Positions 1-12,493 of a stretch of DNA of 64,000 nucleotides are shown piece after piece (positions within the stretch are counted from its first letter, which is position 1; every line of letters begins with the position of its first letter). The DNA comes from Octopus sinensis. Lineage: Eukaryota. The translations under genes and the position numbers were made by a program. The notes under the pieces are model-generated. The model searched no databases, was not told the DNA's origin, and worked only from the letters and a program-made list of their open reading frames with translations. The stretch spans positions 1,550,001 through 1,614,000 of the forward strand of contig NC_043003.1 of assembly GCF_006345805.1 (NCBI RefSeq), given 5' to 3'.

Positions 1-489
1 AATGACCTTCACAATTGGAAAAAAATTTTTTTTTAAATGAAAAATATGGATGACTCAGAATTTATGAGCAAACAAATATAGTTTTAGGAGAAACATCAGA
101 AACACTTCAAGATGGGCTTCATTGATTGTATGCAATACATCCAGATGATACAATAAATTGTGGAGGTTGTGAAGATAATTTATAAACAACTTGTATACAC
201 ACACACACACACACAACATGCTCTCTTGTCATCATCAGTTTTCTGTTGATCTTTCTATGCCTCAGGAGTTTTCTTTCATTACTCAAGGCCTTCTCTATCT
301 AAGCTGGAGTCAGCCAGTATTTTATGATAAAGATATACTTAAAGTACACTATTTCTATGTCACACATGGTGTACTGTTTATTAACAAACACATTAGTATT
401 ATTAAAACCTATTTAGTTTTATAAAACAATCTCCAAGTCAGTCTTTTAAAACTTATTCACAGCACTGTAGTTCAGTACGCACTATATAT

Positions 490-744
490 AGATAGATAAA
501 GAAATGGAGTTAAACACAGATGTTATTCAAATCTTTATACTTCCGACATATGTTTTGAAGAAAACATTGGTTAAAATGGCTTATTGATGTGTCTTGTTTC
601 TCTTTTTTTCCCTGATGAGAAGATCACATTGTTTTACATAATTTTATTCCCTCTGGAATGATACCAATATTTTCTTCAAAACACATGTTGGAAGTATAAA
701 GATTTGAATAACACCTGCATTTAACTCCATTTCTTTATTTATCT
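490..744. mobile_element. Fold-back/MITE-like element with ~80-bp inverted arms (490-571 / 663-744)
   Basis: GATAAAGAAATGGAGTTAAACACAGATGTTATTCAAATCTTTATACTTCCGACATATGTTTTGAAGAAAACATTGG is matched with few mismatches by the reverse complement of 663-744; ~90-nt spacer. Confidence 0.65.
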
Positions 745-1203
745 GTCATCCAAAAACATTTCACTAAACCCTGGAACTTCTACTTTTATAAATAGGCTGG
801 AACATCCTTGGTACTTATGTGAATTTCTAACTACCCTCGTGTCTATTTATTTATTTTTTCCATGTTATTTGTACACATTGAAAAATACACATACATATAT
901 ATCCCTCCTCTCTCTTCTCTCCCCCACACCACACTACACTACACCATACGACATTACACATCACATCATACATACATACATACGTCCAAACCACCAGCCC
1001 TCTTCCACATGCACATACATACTCTCTTATGCACACACGCACCTTCAGGTTGGAGCGAGGTCACTTGACCCTGTTATCTCCCCTACTATCCCTCTAGCAT
1101 CTAACGTTTGACCTCCGACCTCTGACTTCTGAAATCAGAACGCCATGTTGGATCGTTAGCCCCTACACGCAATTTTTTTCTCTCCTTGTTTCTTTTCTGT
1201 GTA

Positions 1204-1241
1204 TCTTTCTGTCGAAGAGCGTAGGCTTGAAACGTAAAAGA
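1204..1241 (+). ncRNA. Minimal type-I hammerhead-like motif (core variant CTGTCGA) in a (TA)n-terminated Penelope pLTR-like fragment (~1138-1340)
   Basis: TCTTT-CTGTCGA-A-GAGC gtag GCTT-GAAACGTA-AAAGA: stem I TCTTT/AAAGA, stem II GAGC/GCTT, palindromic ACGT stem III; A6 replaced by T. Confidence 0.5.
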
Positions 1242-1480
1242 CTTGTTTTATTTCTATTCCTGAGCGCCATACTAATACAATTGTTTGTTTGTACTCCACC
1301 TGCCTTCGTCTTTTGTTTATTTTCGTAAACCTTCCGTTATATATATAGTGATAATTTACAAAAAAACAAAAGACAAAGACTTGTGTGTAAACAACAAATA
1401 TTACATGGTATACTATGAATATAATATAATATTATATAACATAAACAATTGTATATAATGGAATTGTTATTGTGTACATA

Positions 1481-1783
1481 CTCTTTTACTTGTTTCAGTC
1501 ATTTGACTGTGGCCATGCTTGGAGCACCGCCTTTAGTCGAGCAAATCGACCCCAGGACTTATTCTATCGGTCTCTTTTGCCGAACCACTAAGTTATGGGG
1601 AAGTAACACACCAGCATCGGTTGTCAAGTGATGTTGGGGGAACACACAAACGTATACACACACACATACATATATACGACGGGCTTCTTTCAGCTTCCGT
1701 CTACCAAATCCACTCACAAGACACTTGCCCAAGGTGCCGCGCAGTAGGACTGAACCCAGGACCATGTGGTTCGTAAGCAAGCT
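1481..1783 (-). mobile_element. tRNA-derived coleoid SINE (family A), representative of >15 copies/fragments in the window
   Basis: Reverse complement of the consensus seen at 36471-36853: tRNA-like head GGTTCAGTCC, GGCACCTTGGGCAAGTGTC core, tail CAGTCAAATGACTGAAACAAGTAAAAGAG. Confidence 0.85.
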
Positions 1784-2029
1784 GTCAGAAAATGTATATA
1801 AGTCTAAACAATTTGTTGGCCATTCATGGTTTTTTTTTAATAATTAGGTTATATTATATTCATAGTATATCATGTAATATTATAAATATAAATAAATTAT
1901 TGGATTGTCAAAGGTATCTCTGTTTAATTTATCTTTGTTATATATATATATATATATTTTATTACCAAACACATATACATAACATATATGCTGCATGTAT
2001 TTTCCAAAAGACTGCAAATTGGTATGGTG

Positions 2030-2297
2030 GAGAATAGTCTCTCAAAGAACTGGAGGTTGAAACACCTGAAAGTCACCTCTAATCCCATCTAGGAGTGATG
2101 GCCATCAATGTTTTGCCAACATAATGTACCCAATCAAGATTAGAGATGAATCATCTCAGGTATGTGATGTTGAAAAGCCATAAAAATGGTGACACATCAA
2201 TGTCTATCACTCCTAGATGCAGTTAGAGGTGAGTTAACTTACCTGTCCATGACTTCGAGGTGTTTTAACACCTGGTGCTTTGGGAGACAGTATTCTC
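2030..2297. mobile_element. Fold-back/MITE-like element with degenerate inverted arms
   Basis: GAGAATAGTCTCTCAAAG...CACCTCTAATCCCATCTAGGAGTGAT (2030-2110) vs ATCACTCCTAGATGCAGTTAGAGGTG...CTTTGGGAGACAGTATTCTC (2196-2297). Confidence 0.55.
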
Positions 2298-3449
2298 AAT
2301 CATAAAGGACCAGCAAATACACAGGGCTTATACAATAAGTATATGTGCCTGATAATGGTTATTGCACTAGAGCTGCCTCTGTTTCATATTTGATTTGGAT
2401 GCCAGAATGAATGTCAGTGTGTCACACTTTGTCCCCCCCCTCTCACTATTCAGTGACACTTCCACTATTCCTCATGATGGGGTGAGAGTAATAATAGGCA
2501 TAGAGACGGTAGTAGATTGATGGTTGTGATGGTAATGGGGTGATAGTAATAGTATGAGCTGTAGTTGTGATAGAGGGGGAGGCAATGGTGATGATGATGA
2601 TGATGGTGGTGATCAATCAGAGATGATAGTGATAGTAAGCAATGTGAAAGACAGTGGTGATGGTGGTGAAGTCAAAGATATCAATGGTAGTGGCATCAGA
2701 AGTCTGAATGGTGTGTGTATGCCAGTTGTGGTGGCAATGGTAATGGTTGAAAACACTGAACAGAAAGAGAGAGAAAGAAAGAGGTTAGACAGGAAAAAAA
2801 AACTTGTACTGACCCCCGAACGGGAAGACAAAAATGTTGTTTATCCTGCAGCTTTGCAATAAGTTCCAAATAGACAAATTATATCCTTGTTTTGAGGAAA
2901 ATTGTTCATTGCTTGAAAAATATTGATCAAGTTTATTTAATATGTACTCAATGCATGAAGTGTCATTGTTGGGCCCATGGCCCAATGAAGAGCCCTCCAG
3001 CACAGGAGCTAGCTTAAAAGCCACTCGACAGGGCTGCTTTTAAGCTTATATATATTTAGGTTAGTTGAAATATGTTTGTCACATATTTCAACTGTTAAAG
3101 GCAAATACACTGCAGTTACCGTGGAGAAAAACTCTCTCTCTATATATATGTATATATATATATAGAGAGAGAGAGATACATACATAAAAAAGCGAGTGTA
3201 AAATGATTCATAAGGAATCCTAAACATGTATAAAATTTTCACGGCCGTTTTGAAAAGATAAAGGTTGCTATGGGTGAGCTAACTCCAACCATAGCAATTC
3301 TCTATATTTCTCTCATCAAAGTTAATGGATTCACAAAGTTAAAACTTCAAAAGATATGATAGGTTAGATGAAGTTTTTTGCATATTTTTAATCTGCAAAA
3401 AAATTCAACACATTCTCTTACAGCTGTTTCAATTTAGCCTAAAAGATTA

Positions 3450-3760
3450 AATTACAAGAATTAAATCATTGTATTAGGCAAAATCTCATCTGGCTCTTTC
3501 CAGAGGTATGGCAAGGTGGTGGATCCAACTGTCACACACCTGGCCTTCCTGCAGCAACCTTCTCCAGCCAGGGTTTGACCACAGCCTCCAACAGCTTCAC
3601 ATAGCTAACTGAAGTGAGCTTAAGGTCCTGCAGTTTTGGGGTAAATTTTGAGATGCAGATACAGTCAGGATACCTGCTGTGTGCCTTCCTGCTCACCACA
3701 CCTTCATCGTCTTCACTGCAGTGTCCATGTCATACAGTCAGCATTTTCATACCCAACATG
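3450..3760 (-). pseudogene. Tc1/mariner (IS630-like) transposase remnant
   Basis: Minus-strand translation SYVKLLEAVVKPWLEKVAAGRPGV*QLDPPPCHTS resembles the VKPW...GRPY.FQQD.AP.HT region of DDE transposases. Confidence 0.65.
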
Positions 3761-3764
3761 AATC

Positions 3765-4300
3765 ATCATCATCATCATCGTTTAGCGTCCGCTTTCCATG
3801 CTGGCATGGGTTGGACGGTTCAACTGGGGTCTGGGAAGCCAGGAGGCTGCCCCAGACTCCAGTCTGATCTGGCAGTGTTTCTACGGCTGGATGCCCTTCC
3901 TAACGCCAACCACTCCATGAGTGTAGTGGGTGCTTTTTATGTGCCACCAGCATAGGTGCCAGATGAGGCTGACAACAGCCACGATCAGATGGTGCTTTTT
4001 ACGTGCCACCGGGACGGAGGCCAGATGGGCTGGCATTGGCCACGATTGGATGGTGCATTTTTCGTGCCACCGGCACGGAGGCCAGTCGGGGCGGCATTGG
4101 CAACGGCCGCGTTCGGATGGTTCTCTTACGTGCCACCGGCACCGGTATCACAGCTACAATTTCCATTGATGTTGATCGATTTCGATTTTGATTTTCACTT
4201 GCCTCAACAGGTCTTCACAAGTAGAGTTTTGTGTCCCAAGAAGGAAAGGTATGCATAAGTGGACTGGTTACATCCCAGGTAGAGGCCACGGGTTATGGCC
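3765..4300 (-). mobile_element. 5'-truncated RTE LINE 3' UTR with (GAT)n tail; many similar copies in the window (e.g. 10975-11330, 21610-21975, 23190-23523, 25850-26200)
   Basis: Reverse complement of the sequence following the RTE ORF at 27740-28146: GAGTGGTTGGCGTTAGGAAGGGCATCCAGC block, CATGCCAGCATGGAAAGCGGACG end, (GAT)n. Confidence 0.8.
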
Positions 4301-5746
4301 TCTACCTATATTACGAATCATCGTAATATAAGAGAAACTCTTCCAATCCTCCATGTCCGCTAACATTTATTGTTAACTTCAGCTTTCATCTTTTTGCTCT
4401 CCAACTCCATCGACTGGTCACCAATATATCAAGCTGTTCTTGAAAGAAGGAAACATAAGAAAAATCATCAAATTTAGCCCAAAGACCATATCTACCTTGT
4501 CCTTTTTTTTTTTCCTTTTTAGTTAATAAGATGTAATTTGTGGGAGATCTGGCTGCCATTTCTAGCAGTTCTAGTGATGATATAGGGACTCCCTCAATAC
4601 CTTAGCCACAGTTGTAGATTACTACTTGGCAAGGAAATTGGGTCAGGGAGTATATTCTTTAACCCCAGGTCAGCCTTAATCGAGAAACAATAAGATTAAA
4701 GGCATTCTATAATCATGAACATCCTGGGGGTTTTTTTAGGGCATAATGTATCTAGTGTTACATTATGTGATGTATCATTCCTTTTTTTAAGACTATAATT
4801 TGAAAGAGAAATGCCTGTTTGTTTCTAGCAGGTCAAGCAATCACGTACAGGCTCCTGGTTGTCCTGTTTATGTTTGTTAATGTAAGGTAAATCCATTTCT
4901 TCCTCCGTTTGACTCCTATTTTCTTTCTCTGACCCAGTTTCACACTGTTTCGCTTATATTGTTAATACCCTGAGGGAAATCTATAAACCACAAGCCAGTC
5001 TGTTTTCTTTTCATCTCCATGAATCTGAGATCTCAAACCCTATGTAAATACAAAGATGAATTTTACATCTTCATGAAGATCCACAACAACATCATCATCA
5101 TCATCATCATCATTGTTAAATTTACAGTCAAAAATATATATTTTGTTTATTAGACACCCTCCCCTCAAAGCTCTCATTAGCCACTGATTCCAGTTGTAAT
5201 TCAACTGGAATCAGTGAAATTCTCTTTTTTTCCTCCCGAGCCCCTGGACTCATTTAGCTGGTTACCCATTTCCCATGGCATATTAAATGACTGAGATCAT
5301 AACATTTCCCCGAATGGGTTGTTGGTCCATTGCAGGGTACAAATACATCAACCCCAGTACATGACTGGTATTTTATTTTATTGACCCCGAGGAGAGGAAA
5401 AGCAAGGCTGACATCAACAGCATTTGAACTCTAAAGAAATGCTGCCAAGCACTCTCTCTGACATGCTAACGATTCTGCCAGCTCACTGCCTTGTTGTTAA
5501 TATAGATATGTAATAATTAACTTCCATGTTAATTATCCTTTCATGTCATTAGCTCACCAATCCTCGCTAAATGGTGGGTAAAAGTGATGTTATCACAAAT
5601 TGCTTCTATTAACACTGTTATCTCTGAGTTAATATAAAAGATTCAGTGAAAGCAACTTCTCTAGTGGAGGCTGCCAAGTCTTCATCAACAAACTCCAAAC
5701 TCTTTTACAGTCTTATAAGTTGGCAGGGGGTGGAGGACAGCACGTT

Positions 5747-5982
5747 TTAACCCCTTTCGTTACCGTGTTTTGTTTTGTTTTTAGATGCTCTGTGTTTCTT
5801 TCAATTACTTTAAATAGAACAAAGAATTTAGTTAAAAAACTTAGTTATCATTAAGCTGCTGTTAGGAACATAAATTGTGACTAAGGTTTGGTGGAAGATT
5901 TTCATTCAGAACTTATGAAAACAAGACATTTGTACTACAGAGCCAGACGCAGCTTCGGCTGGGTTGGTATCGAAAGGGTTAA
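5747..5982. mobile_element. piggyBac-like MITE (family 1)
   Basis: TTAA at both ends (5747-5750, 5979-5982), termini CCCTTTCG...CGAAAGGG, no coding capacity; further copies at 31384 (partial), 33877, 42611, 42866. Confidence 0.75.
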
Positions 5983-6567
5983 GAGCTGAATCTAAGGAAC
6001 AAATAGGCTCAGATGTGGCTGTGTGGTTAAGAAGTTTACTTCACAGCCATATGGTTTTGGGTTCAGTCCCACTGCATGACACCTTGGATAAGTGTCTTCT
6101 ACTATAACCCCCAGGTGAGCAAAGCCTTGTGAGTGGATTTGGTAGATGAAAACTGAAAGAAGTCTTGACATCCTGTGATAGTCGTAAACATGTGTCACTG
6201 TCCTCTAAGCAGTGTCAATCATTTCCAGTATTCTGTGGAAACGTCTGGCCATGGGGAAATATTACCTTACTTGGAAACTGGTGAGGGTTGGCTACAGATA
6301 TCCTGTCACAGAAAATCCACCTTGATAGACCCCAACTGACCAACGCAAGCATGGAAAAGTGGACATTAAAAAACAGTGATGATCTAGACTGTGTAGATAT
6401 TAAAAGATGTAGTTAAAAGTTCAAAAACATTTATAGTTTTGCATTATTTACATTTGACAGATGACCTAGTTATCATTAAGTTAGGGTTAGGAACATAATT
6501 TGTGACTAAAGAAGGATAGGAAAATATTAGATTTATAAGCCCTAAAATTCACTCCATAATTGCCCAT

Positions 6568-6835
6568 GGGCATATGATGCAGTGGTTAAGAGCACGGGCT
6601 ACTAACCCCAAGATTCCGAGTTTGATTCCAGGCAGTGGCCTGAAGAACAATTATAATAACATTGAAAAATACCTTAGGAATGAGAGCCCAAGTTTGAAAT
6701 TTCCCCAAGACACCTGATGAAGGCTGGAGGGTATATCAGCTGAAATGTTGTGTTAAAAACAAACAAGATGAGGACAAATATCTGTCGAATGTAAATAATG
6801 TACATAATTCCTCATCTCTTAAATATAGAACTGTA
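6568..6835 (+). mobile_element. Composite element: tRNA-like head + short AAT-rich linker + hammerhead-containing Penelope pLTR-like tail
   Basis: A-box-like TGATGCAGTGGT, anticodon-arm-like GGG-CTACTAA-CCC, B-box-like GAGTTTGATTCC, followed ~70 nt later by a hammerhead motif. Confidence 0.55.
6709..6754 (+). ncRNA. Minimal type-I hammerhead ribozyme motif, near-canonical core
   Basis: GACAC-CTGATGA-A-GGCTG gagggtatat CAGCT-GAAATGTT-GTGTT: stem I GACAC/GTGTT, stem II GGCTG/CAGCT, CUGAUGA and GAAA intact; GAAATGTT is one CpG transition from GAAACGTT. Confidence 0.7.
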
Positions 6836-9800
6836 TTATAGTTTTCTTCAATATTTTAAAGTTCTAAATTTTAAAACCAATGAAAAAATGAAACAGGGAA
6901 AATATGTTTTCAATAAATAAATTTATTTTTTAGGGTTTTTTTTTCTTTTCTTTTCTGTTTTCCTCTTCTCTGTTTCATTCTGCAAAAGAATTTCAAGATT
7001 GTGTCCTAAAGCTACAAATAATGATTCCATGTGTGGCAGTAGGTCACACATTTTAAGGCAAGGCTGTCTAATTGAATTGATGTATATGTGTGTGTGTGTG
7101 GTATTTATATTGCGGGCATTGAGGATGTGAAAATGATTTCATTTACAGATCTGTTTCAAGGATGGCTTGTTTATTAAATACTATGCATTGTTGGAGCGAC
7201 TCCGGCCCTCATCTTGTGTGGCTTTGTTTATAATGTATCTGCTCAATCTGCTGTGAAATAAGAATTTCAATTGTAATATTATTTACTTGTTTTAATCATT
7301 GGACTGTGGCCAAGCTGGGGCACCACCTTGAAGGGTTTTCATCAAATAAATTGACTCCTGTGTTTATTTTTTTCAAGTCTGCTACTTATTTGATCAGAAT
7401 CTTTTGCTGAACTAGGATGTAAACAAACCAACACTGGTTGTCAAGCAATGCAGTGGGGGACAAACACAGACACACACACAAATAAAATGCATACATATAT
7501 ATATATATATATGTCAATAGCAAGCTTGCACAGTTTGCACCTACCAAATTCTCTCACAAGGCATTGATTGGCCCAAGGCTATAGTTGAAGACACATGTAG
7601 AACTGAACATGGAACCACATGGCTGCAAAACAAGCTTCTTAACCCCGCAGCCATGCTATGGTCTTTTCTGTGTGTGTGTGTGTTTGCTTTGCCTCTTTGT
7701 ATCTCTTTGTCTTGACATTGAGCCATGGTTGTAAACAAGTATCACCACCACACAAGCAGTGTTCTTTGTTTCTGATCTGCCATGAAAAGAAAATGTGTCC
7801 TTAAGTGCAAAGCCTGCTTCTCCACCACATGGTTCCAGGTTCAGACCTTGGGTAAGTGTCTGCTACTGTTGCATGGAACTGACCAAAGCCTTGTGAGTGG
7901 ATTTGGTAGACGGAAACTGAAAGAAGCCTGTTGTGTATGTATATAGGTGTGTGTGTGCCCTTGTGTCTGTGTTTATCTTTCCCCCCACCCACCTCCACAA
8001 CTTGGATAACTAGTGTTGGTGTGTTTATGTCCCCATAACTTAGCAGTTCAGCAAAGGAGGCTGAAAGAATAAGTACTAGGCTTTAAATATATATATATAT
8101 ATAATAATAAATCCTGGAGTTGATTCAACTAAAAATTCTTCAAGGCGGTGCCCCAGCATGGCCACAGTCTAATGGCTGAAACAAGTGAGAAAGATAAAAA
8201 AAAAAAAGATATTTGTGTGTTTATGTCCTTGTAACTTAGCGGTTCAGCAAAAGAAACCGATAGAATAAGTACCAGGCTTATAAAGAACAAGTCCTGAGGT
8301 GGTGGGGTTGATTTGTTCGACTAAAAACGGTGCTCCAGCATGGCCACAGTCAAATGACTCAAACAAATAAATGAAATAAATATTCGGTCATGAGAAAATA
8401 TTAACTTGTTTGGAAACAGGCGAGGGTTAGCGACAGCAAGGGCATCGGTCCATCGAGAATATGCCTCAACCAATTTTTTGTCACCCATGGAAGCAGGGAA
8501 TGTGAACATCAAAACGATATTGAGGATGACTTGTTAAGGTTATCTCTCTAAATATTCTATCGAGATCATTGCCAGCACAGATTTTTGTTCCAATGTTTCC
8601 AAGACATCAGAGGTAAACAAACACTGAGATCAGGAAGGGTTTTTGTAAGTTTCGGTTTTCCGTTTTGCCCATCCTAAAGTAAGCACAGAATCTGGTCAGT
8701 TAGAGAAGATAGTCCCTTCTGTGGATGTTGACCGGAGGCATTTTAGTTGGGCACACTCTTGTATTTTACCCGATATGCGGATGCGATGCCCAAAGAACAA
8801 TAAGCCAGACAAAACCAAATGATCAAGAGGCCGAGAAGACATACGGAAATTAAAATTTAATCTCATTAAATCTTAAGTGACCAAATTGGTGAATTGGTCA
8901 TTAAACTCTATAGGTAGGAATGTTTTTTTTCCTTTTTAGGCTTTATGTCCATTCGGCATCCTGTCCGCGCACGATTTTACCCTATGGGTGAAAGGGGTAT
9001 GGATTAGCAACTAAGGGTATTTGGCTCAAGATCATAAGGTCATGAGTTTGATCCCTGGTGGCACATTGTGTCCTTGAGCAAGACACCTTGCCTCAGTCCA
9101 CTCAGCCAGCAAAAATTGTAATTGTACCAGTAATTGAAAGGGCCAGCCTTGCCACATTCTGCATCATGTTGTATCTCCCTGAGAACCACTACTAAGGGCA
9201 CACGTGTCTGTGGAGTGCTCAGCCACTTGCACATTAATTTCACAAACAGGCTGTTGCATTGATTGGATCCACTGCCAACACTCATTGACATAACCGGCGG
9301 AGTGCCAGTTTGGGTGAATCACCAGTAACTTAAAAGAACCATTAGTCTTATAGATATATGGGCTTGTGTCTTTAGATGCATATGTAAACACACACACACA
9401 TATATAAGTACACATGTACACACATTTATGTATACATAAATACACATGTACACACAAGTGTAAGCTGAAATCTGAGTTATACAGCTATCATTCTTGGGTG
9501 GTGTACCCAAATGAATAGATGTTTTATGAATCCATGATGAGGGTGGAAATAGAAAATAACTGACTAAACAATCAAGTCTTTTTTTGTAATAATAATGAAA
9601 TGATCTTCTTATATAATGGTTCTTCAAATAAGCATGAGGTCTCTGAGTGTTAGAAGCGTATCTGTATGTACAGGGTGGTGGTGGTGGGAGCAGTGGCGAC
9701 AAGGGAGGGGCTGTTTTGGTTTACGTCTGACTTTCACCAATGATATTATTGAAGTAACTGCAAAAGTTCTAACAAAGAATTGAAACAAAACCTCATCTTT

Positions 9801-10933
9801 CATTGCAAAGAAATTCCAGTCGCAGCATCGCAACATTGTACCACCAACACCATTGAGAAGTGGTGGTTCCAAATTATTCTCGTCACTTTACATTAAAGGG
9901 AGTAGGAAGACTGGAAGATTTGGCATTCATGCCTTGTCTACAGAAAGGTGTTAACAGTATAATCATGTGTATCCTATTTGAAAAATAGCAGGGTGTGATG
10001 CAAGAGTGATTTGGCTGTTATTTCTAGTAGGTTAAGTGACCACATAGACAATCTGTCTTTGAATCCCTCTTCATGGTATCAGTGAATTATCTCTGCAAAA
10101 TATTTAAGGATTTAATGCCACACACCTTCGTCCACTTTGTTGTAGAGAACAAATACCAACCAATGTTGGTTTGTTTACATCCCTGTAATTTAGCAGTTCA
10201 GCAAAAGAGACCCGTCATCATCATTGTTTAATGTATGCTTTCCCTGCTTGCATGGGATGGATGGTTTAACTGAGGACTGGTAAGCTGGAAAGCTGTACCA
10301 GGCTCCAATCTGATCTGGCAAGGCTTCTACAGTTGGATGCCCGCCGAGAGTGTAGTGGGTGCTTTTTACATGGCACTGGCATCAACCACACTCGAATGGT
10401 GCTTTTTATATGCCAGTCGGGCGGCAATGGCATCAACTACGGTCCTCGAATGCTGCCACTGGCACAGGAGCCAGACAAATACCAGACTTAAAAAGAACTG
10501 GTGTCAATTTCTTCAACTAAAGACTTTGCCCCAGCATGGCCGCAATCCAATGACTGAAACAAGTAAAAGATCAAACATGATGACTCTGATGGCAGGTTTT
10601 TCTTTGCTCCTGTGTGTACCAAAGGAGGAAGCATTGTACTTCATATTGAAACCCTGTGAGCACCATTCAACCTCTGCAAAGACAAGCTGACATAAAACAT
10701 TGATGATCGGCAGAGAAGAAACGAGGTCACCGTTTCCTAATTTCTGTGTTGTAAAACTTTCCCAAATCAAAATATTTTTATCTCTGATTTTTCAGTTTGC
10801 AGATTAAAATTAAGCATTGCTCATTGAGAACCTACAAGCATTCCCATCGGTACCATATGTGTTTGTTATCATCACTGTTACACATTGCCAGAATACATTT
10901 TATTTAATGGTTGGATGAGGTTTTAAAATAATA

Positions 10934-12089
10934 CAGGGTGCAGCAAAAGTAACGCCCTATTTTTATTTAACTTTTCATCATCATCATCGTTGTCTAACAT
11001 CCACTTTCCATGCTGGCATGGGTTGGACAGTTTGACTGAGGACTGGCGAACCAGGAGACTGTACAAGGCTCCAATCTGATCTGGCAAGGTTTCTATGGCT
11101 GGATGCTCTTCCTAACGCCAACCACTCCAAGAGTGTAGTGGGTTCTTTTTACATGCCACCGGCACGGGAGCCAGTCAGGTGGCACTTGCATCGACCATGC
11201 TCGAATGGTGATTTTTACATGTCACTGTCACAGGTGCCAGTCAGGTGGCACTGGCATTGACCTTGCTCGAATGGTGCTTTTTATGTGCCATCCAGGTGGC
11301 AACTGGTATCGGCCATGCTCAAATAGTGCTTTTTACATGCCACTGGCACAGTTACATGTCACTTTTATTGAATGAGAATAAATTACAGTAGTTTTAAGAA
11401 AATTTATAAGTATTGTGCCAGTGTCATGTAAAAAGCACCTGAATTGGCACCCTGTAAAAAGCACTCCTGCTGGTGTCACATAAAAAGCACCCAGTACACT
11501 CTGTAAAGTGGTTGGCATTAGGAAGGGCATTCAGCTGTAGAAACCCTAACCAAAGCAGACAAAGAGAGCCTGGTGCAGTCCTCCAGCTTGGCCAGTGCCT
11601 ATCAAACCATCCAACTCATGGCAGCATGGAAAATGGACATTAAATAATGATGATGTCTCATCCGAACATAATCTGTTATGGTTAACAAACTTATTAGCAC
11701 ACTAATTAACATGTTCAAAATGTTCCCCTTCACATCCAATGCTGAACCCTTCCAGCAACACTTCTACAAACCGTTTGATATGTTTCCCTGTTAATATCAG
11801 AAAATATATCAGGAATTGCTTGTGTCAGTTCAGGAAATGTCTTTGGTTTGAACCTGTAAAGAGATTTTGGTACACTCCACAATAAAAGGGTCAGGTGGCG
11901 TTATATAGATCTGATGATCAGGATGGATGGTCATGGCTGAAACATCATTGATCATAAATCTGTTCAAGCAAGATTGCCCTAGGGTTAAATAACAACAGCT
12001 CCACCAGAAGCAATAATTCCAACACTGTAGTAGTAGTAGTAGTAGTAGTAGTAGTTAAAGAAAAAGAGCGTTACTTCTGTTGCATCCTG
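10934..12089 (-). mobile_element. Internally deleted Tc1/mariner element with nested RTE 3' UTR insertions
   Basis: TA-CAGGGTGCAGCAAAAGTAACGC (10934) and AGCGTTACTTCTGTTGCATCCTG-TA (ends 12089), ~19/23 TIR match; minus-strand remnant FKPKTFPELTQAIPDIFSDINRETYQTVCRSVAGRVQHWM at ~11700-11855, typical of the transposase C-terminus. Confidence 0.75.
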
Positions 12090-12099
12090 TATATAAAAA

Positions 12100-12493
12100 A
12101 TATATAAAAGAGAGGTTGTGTGTCTGTCTGTCTCCTACGATTTAGATTCCTAACTACTCCCACATTTTGCGGTGCAGTTTAACCAAGACCCGGTATCTTA
12201 TAGTCGTGATTCATATCGAGCCCTTCTGGGTATTAGTGTGCGTCAACGATGAGTCTACAATTTTTAAAAAATTTACCATCATTTTTCCTATTTTTAATGC
12301 ATTTTTTGGCAATTATATAAGGGAAGTAACTCTCTAAAAATGTATTGTTAAATCTCAGAACGTAAAAAGCTACAGTAACACCCCCCCCTTTGTGGTTAGC
12401 CATATTGAGATGGCTATTATACTTTACATCTCTAAAAATGCTTATATAGTTATTTCCCTTACAAACCCAAGCAACACCGGGCGATACTGCTAG
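12100..12493 (+). mobile_element. Non-autonomous Helitron-like element (copy 1)
   Basis: Near-identical to 28514-28911; ends with hairpin CCCAAGCAACACCGGG, then GATACTG-CTAG|T. Confidence 0.7.

Noticed and set aside
1-340. Possible coding fragments (e.g. minus-strand IEKALSNERKLLRHRKINRKL)
   Set aside because: Short, no recognisable homology, no convincing donor site, and truncated by the window edge
612-640. CTGATGAG at ~612 as a hammerhead core
   Set aside because: No stem II or GAAA follows; it lies in the spacer of a fold-back element
2480-2862. 102-aa Gly/Asp-rich ORF, and similar purine- or pyrimidine-skewed tracts at ~29470-29710, ~38920-39270 and ~55300-55900
   Set aside because: Degenerate GGT/GAT microsatellite or heavily decayed retroelement sequence; no domain recognisable
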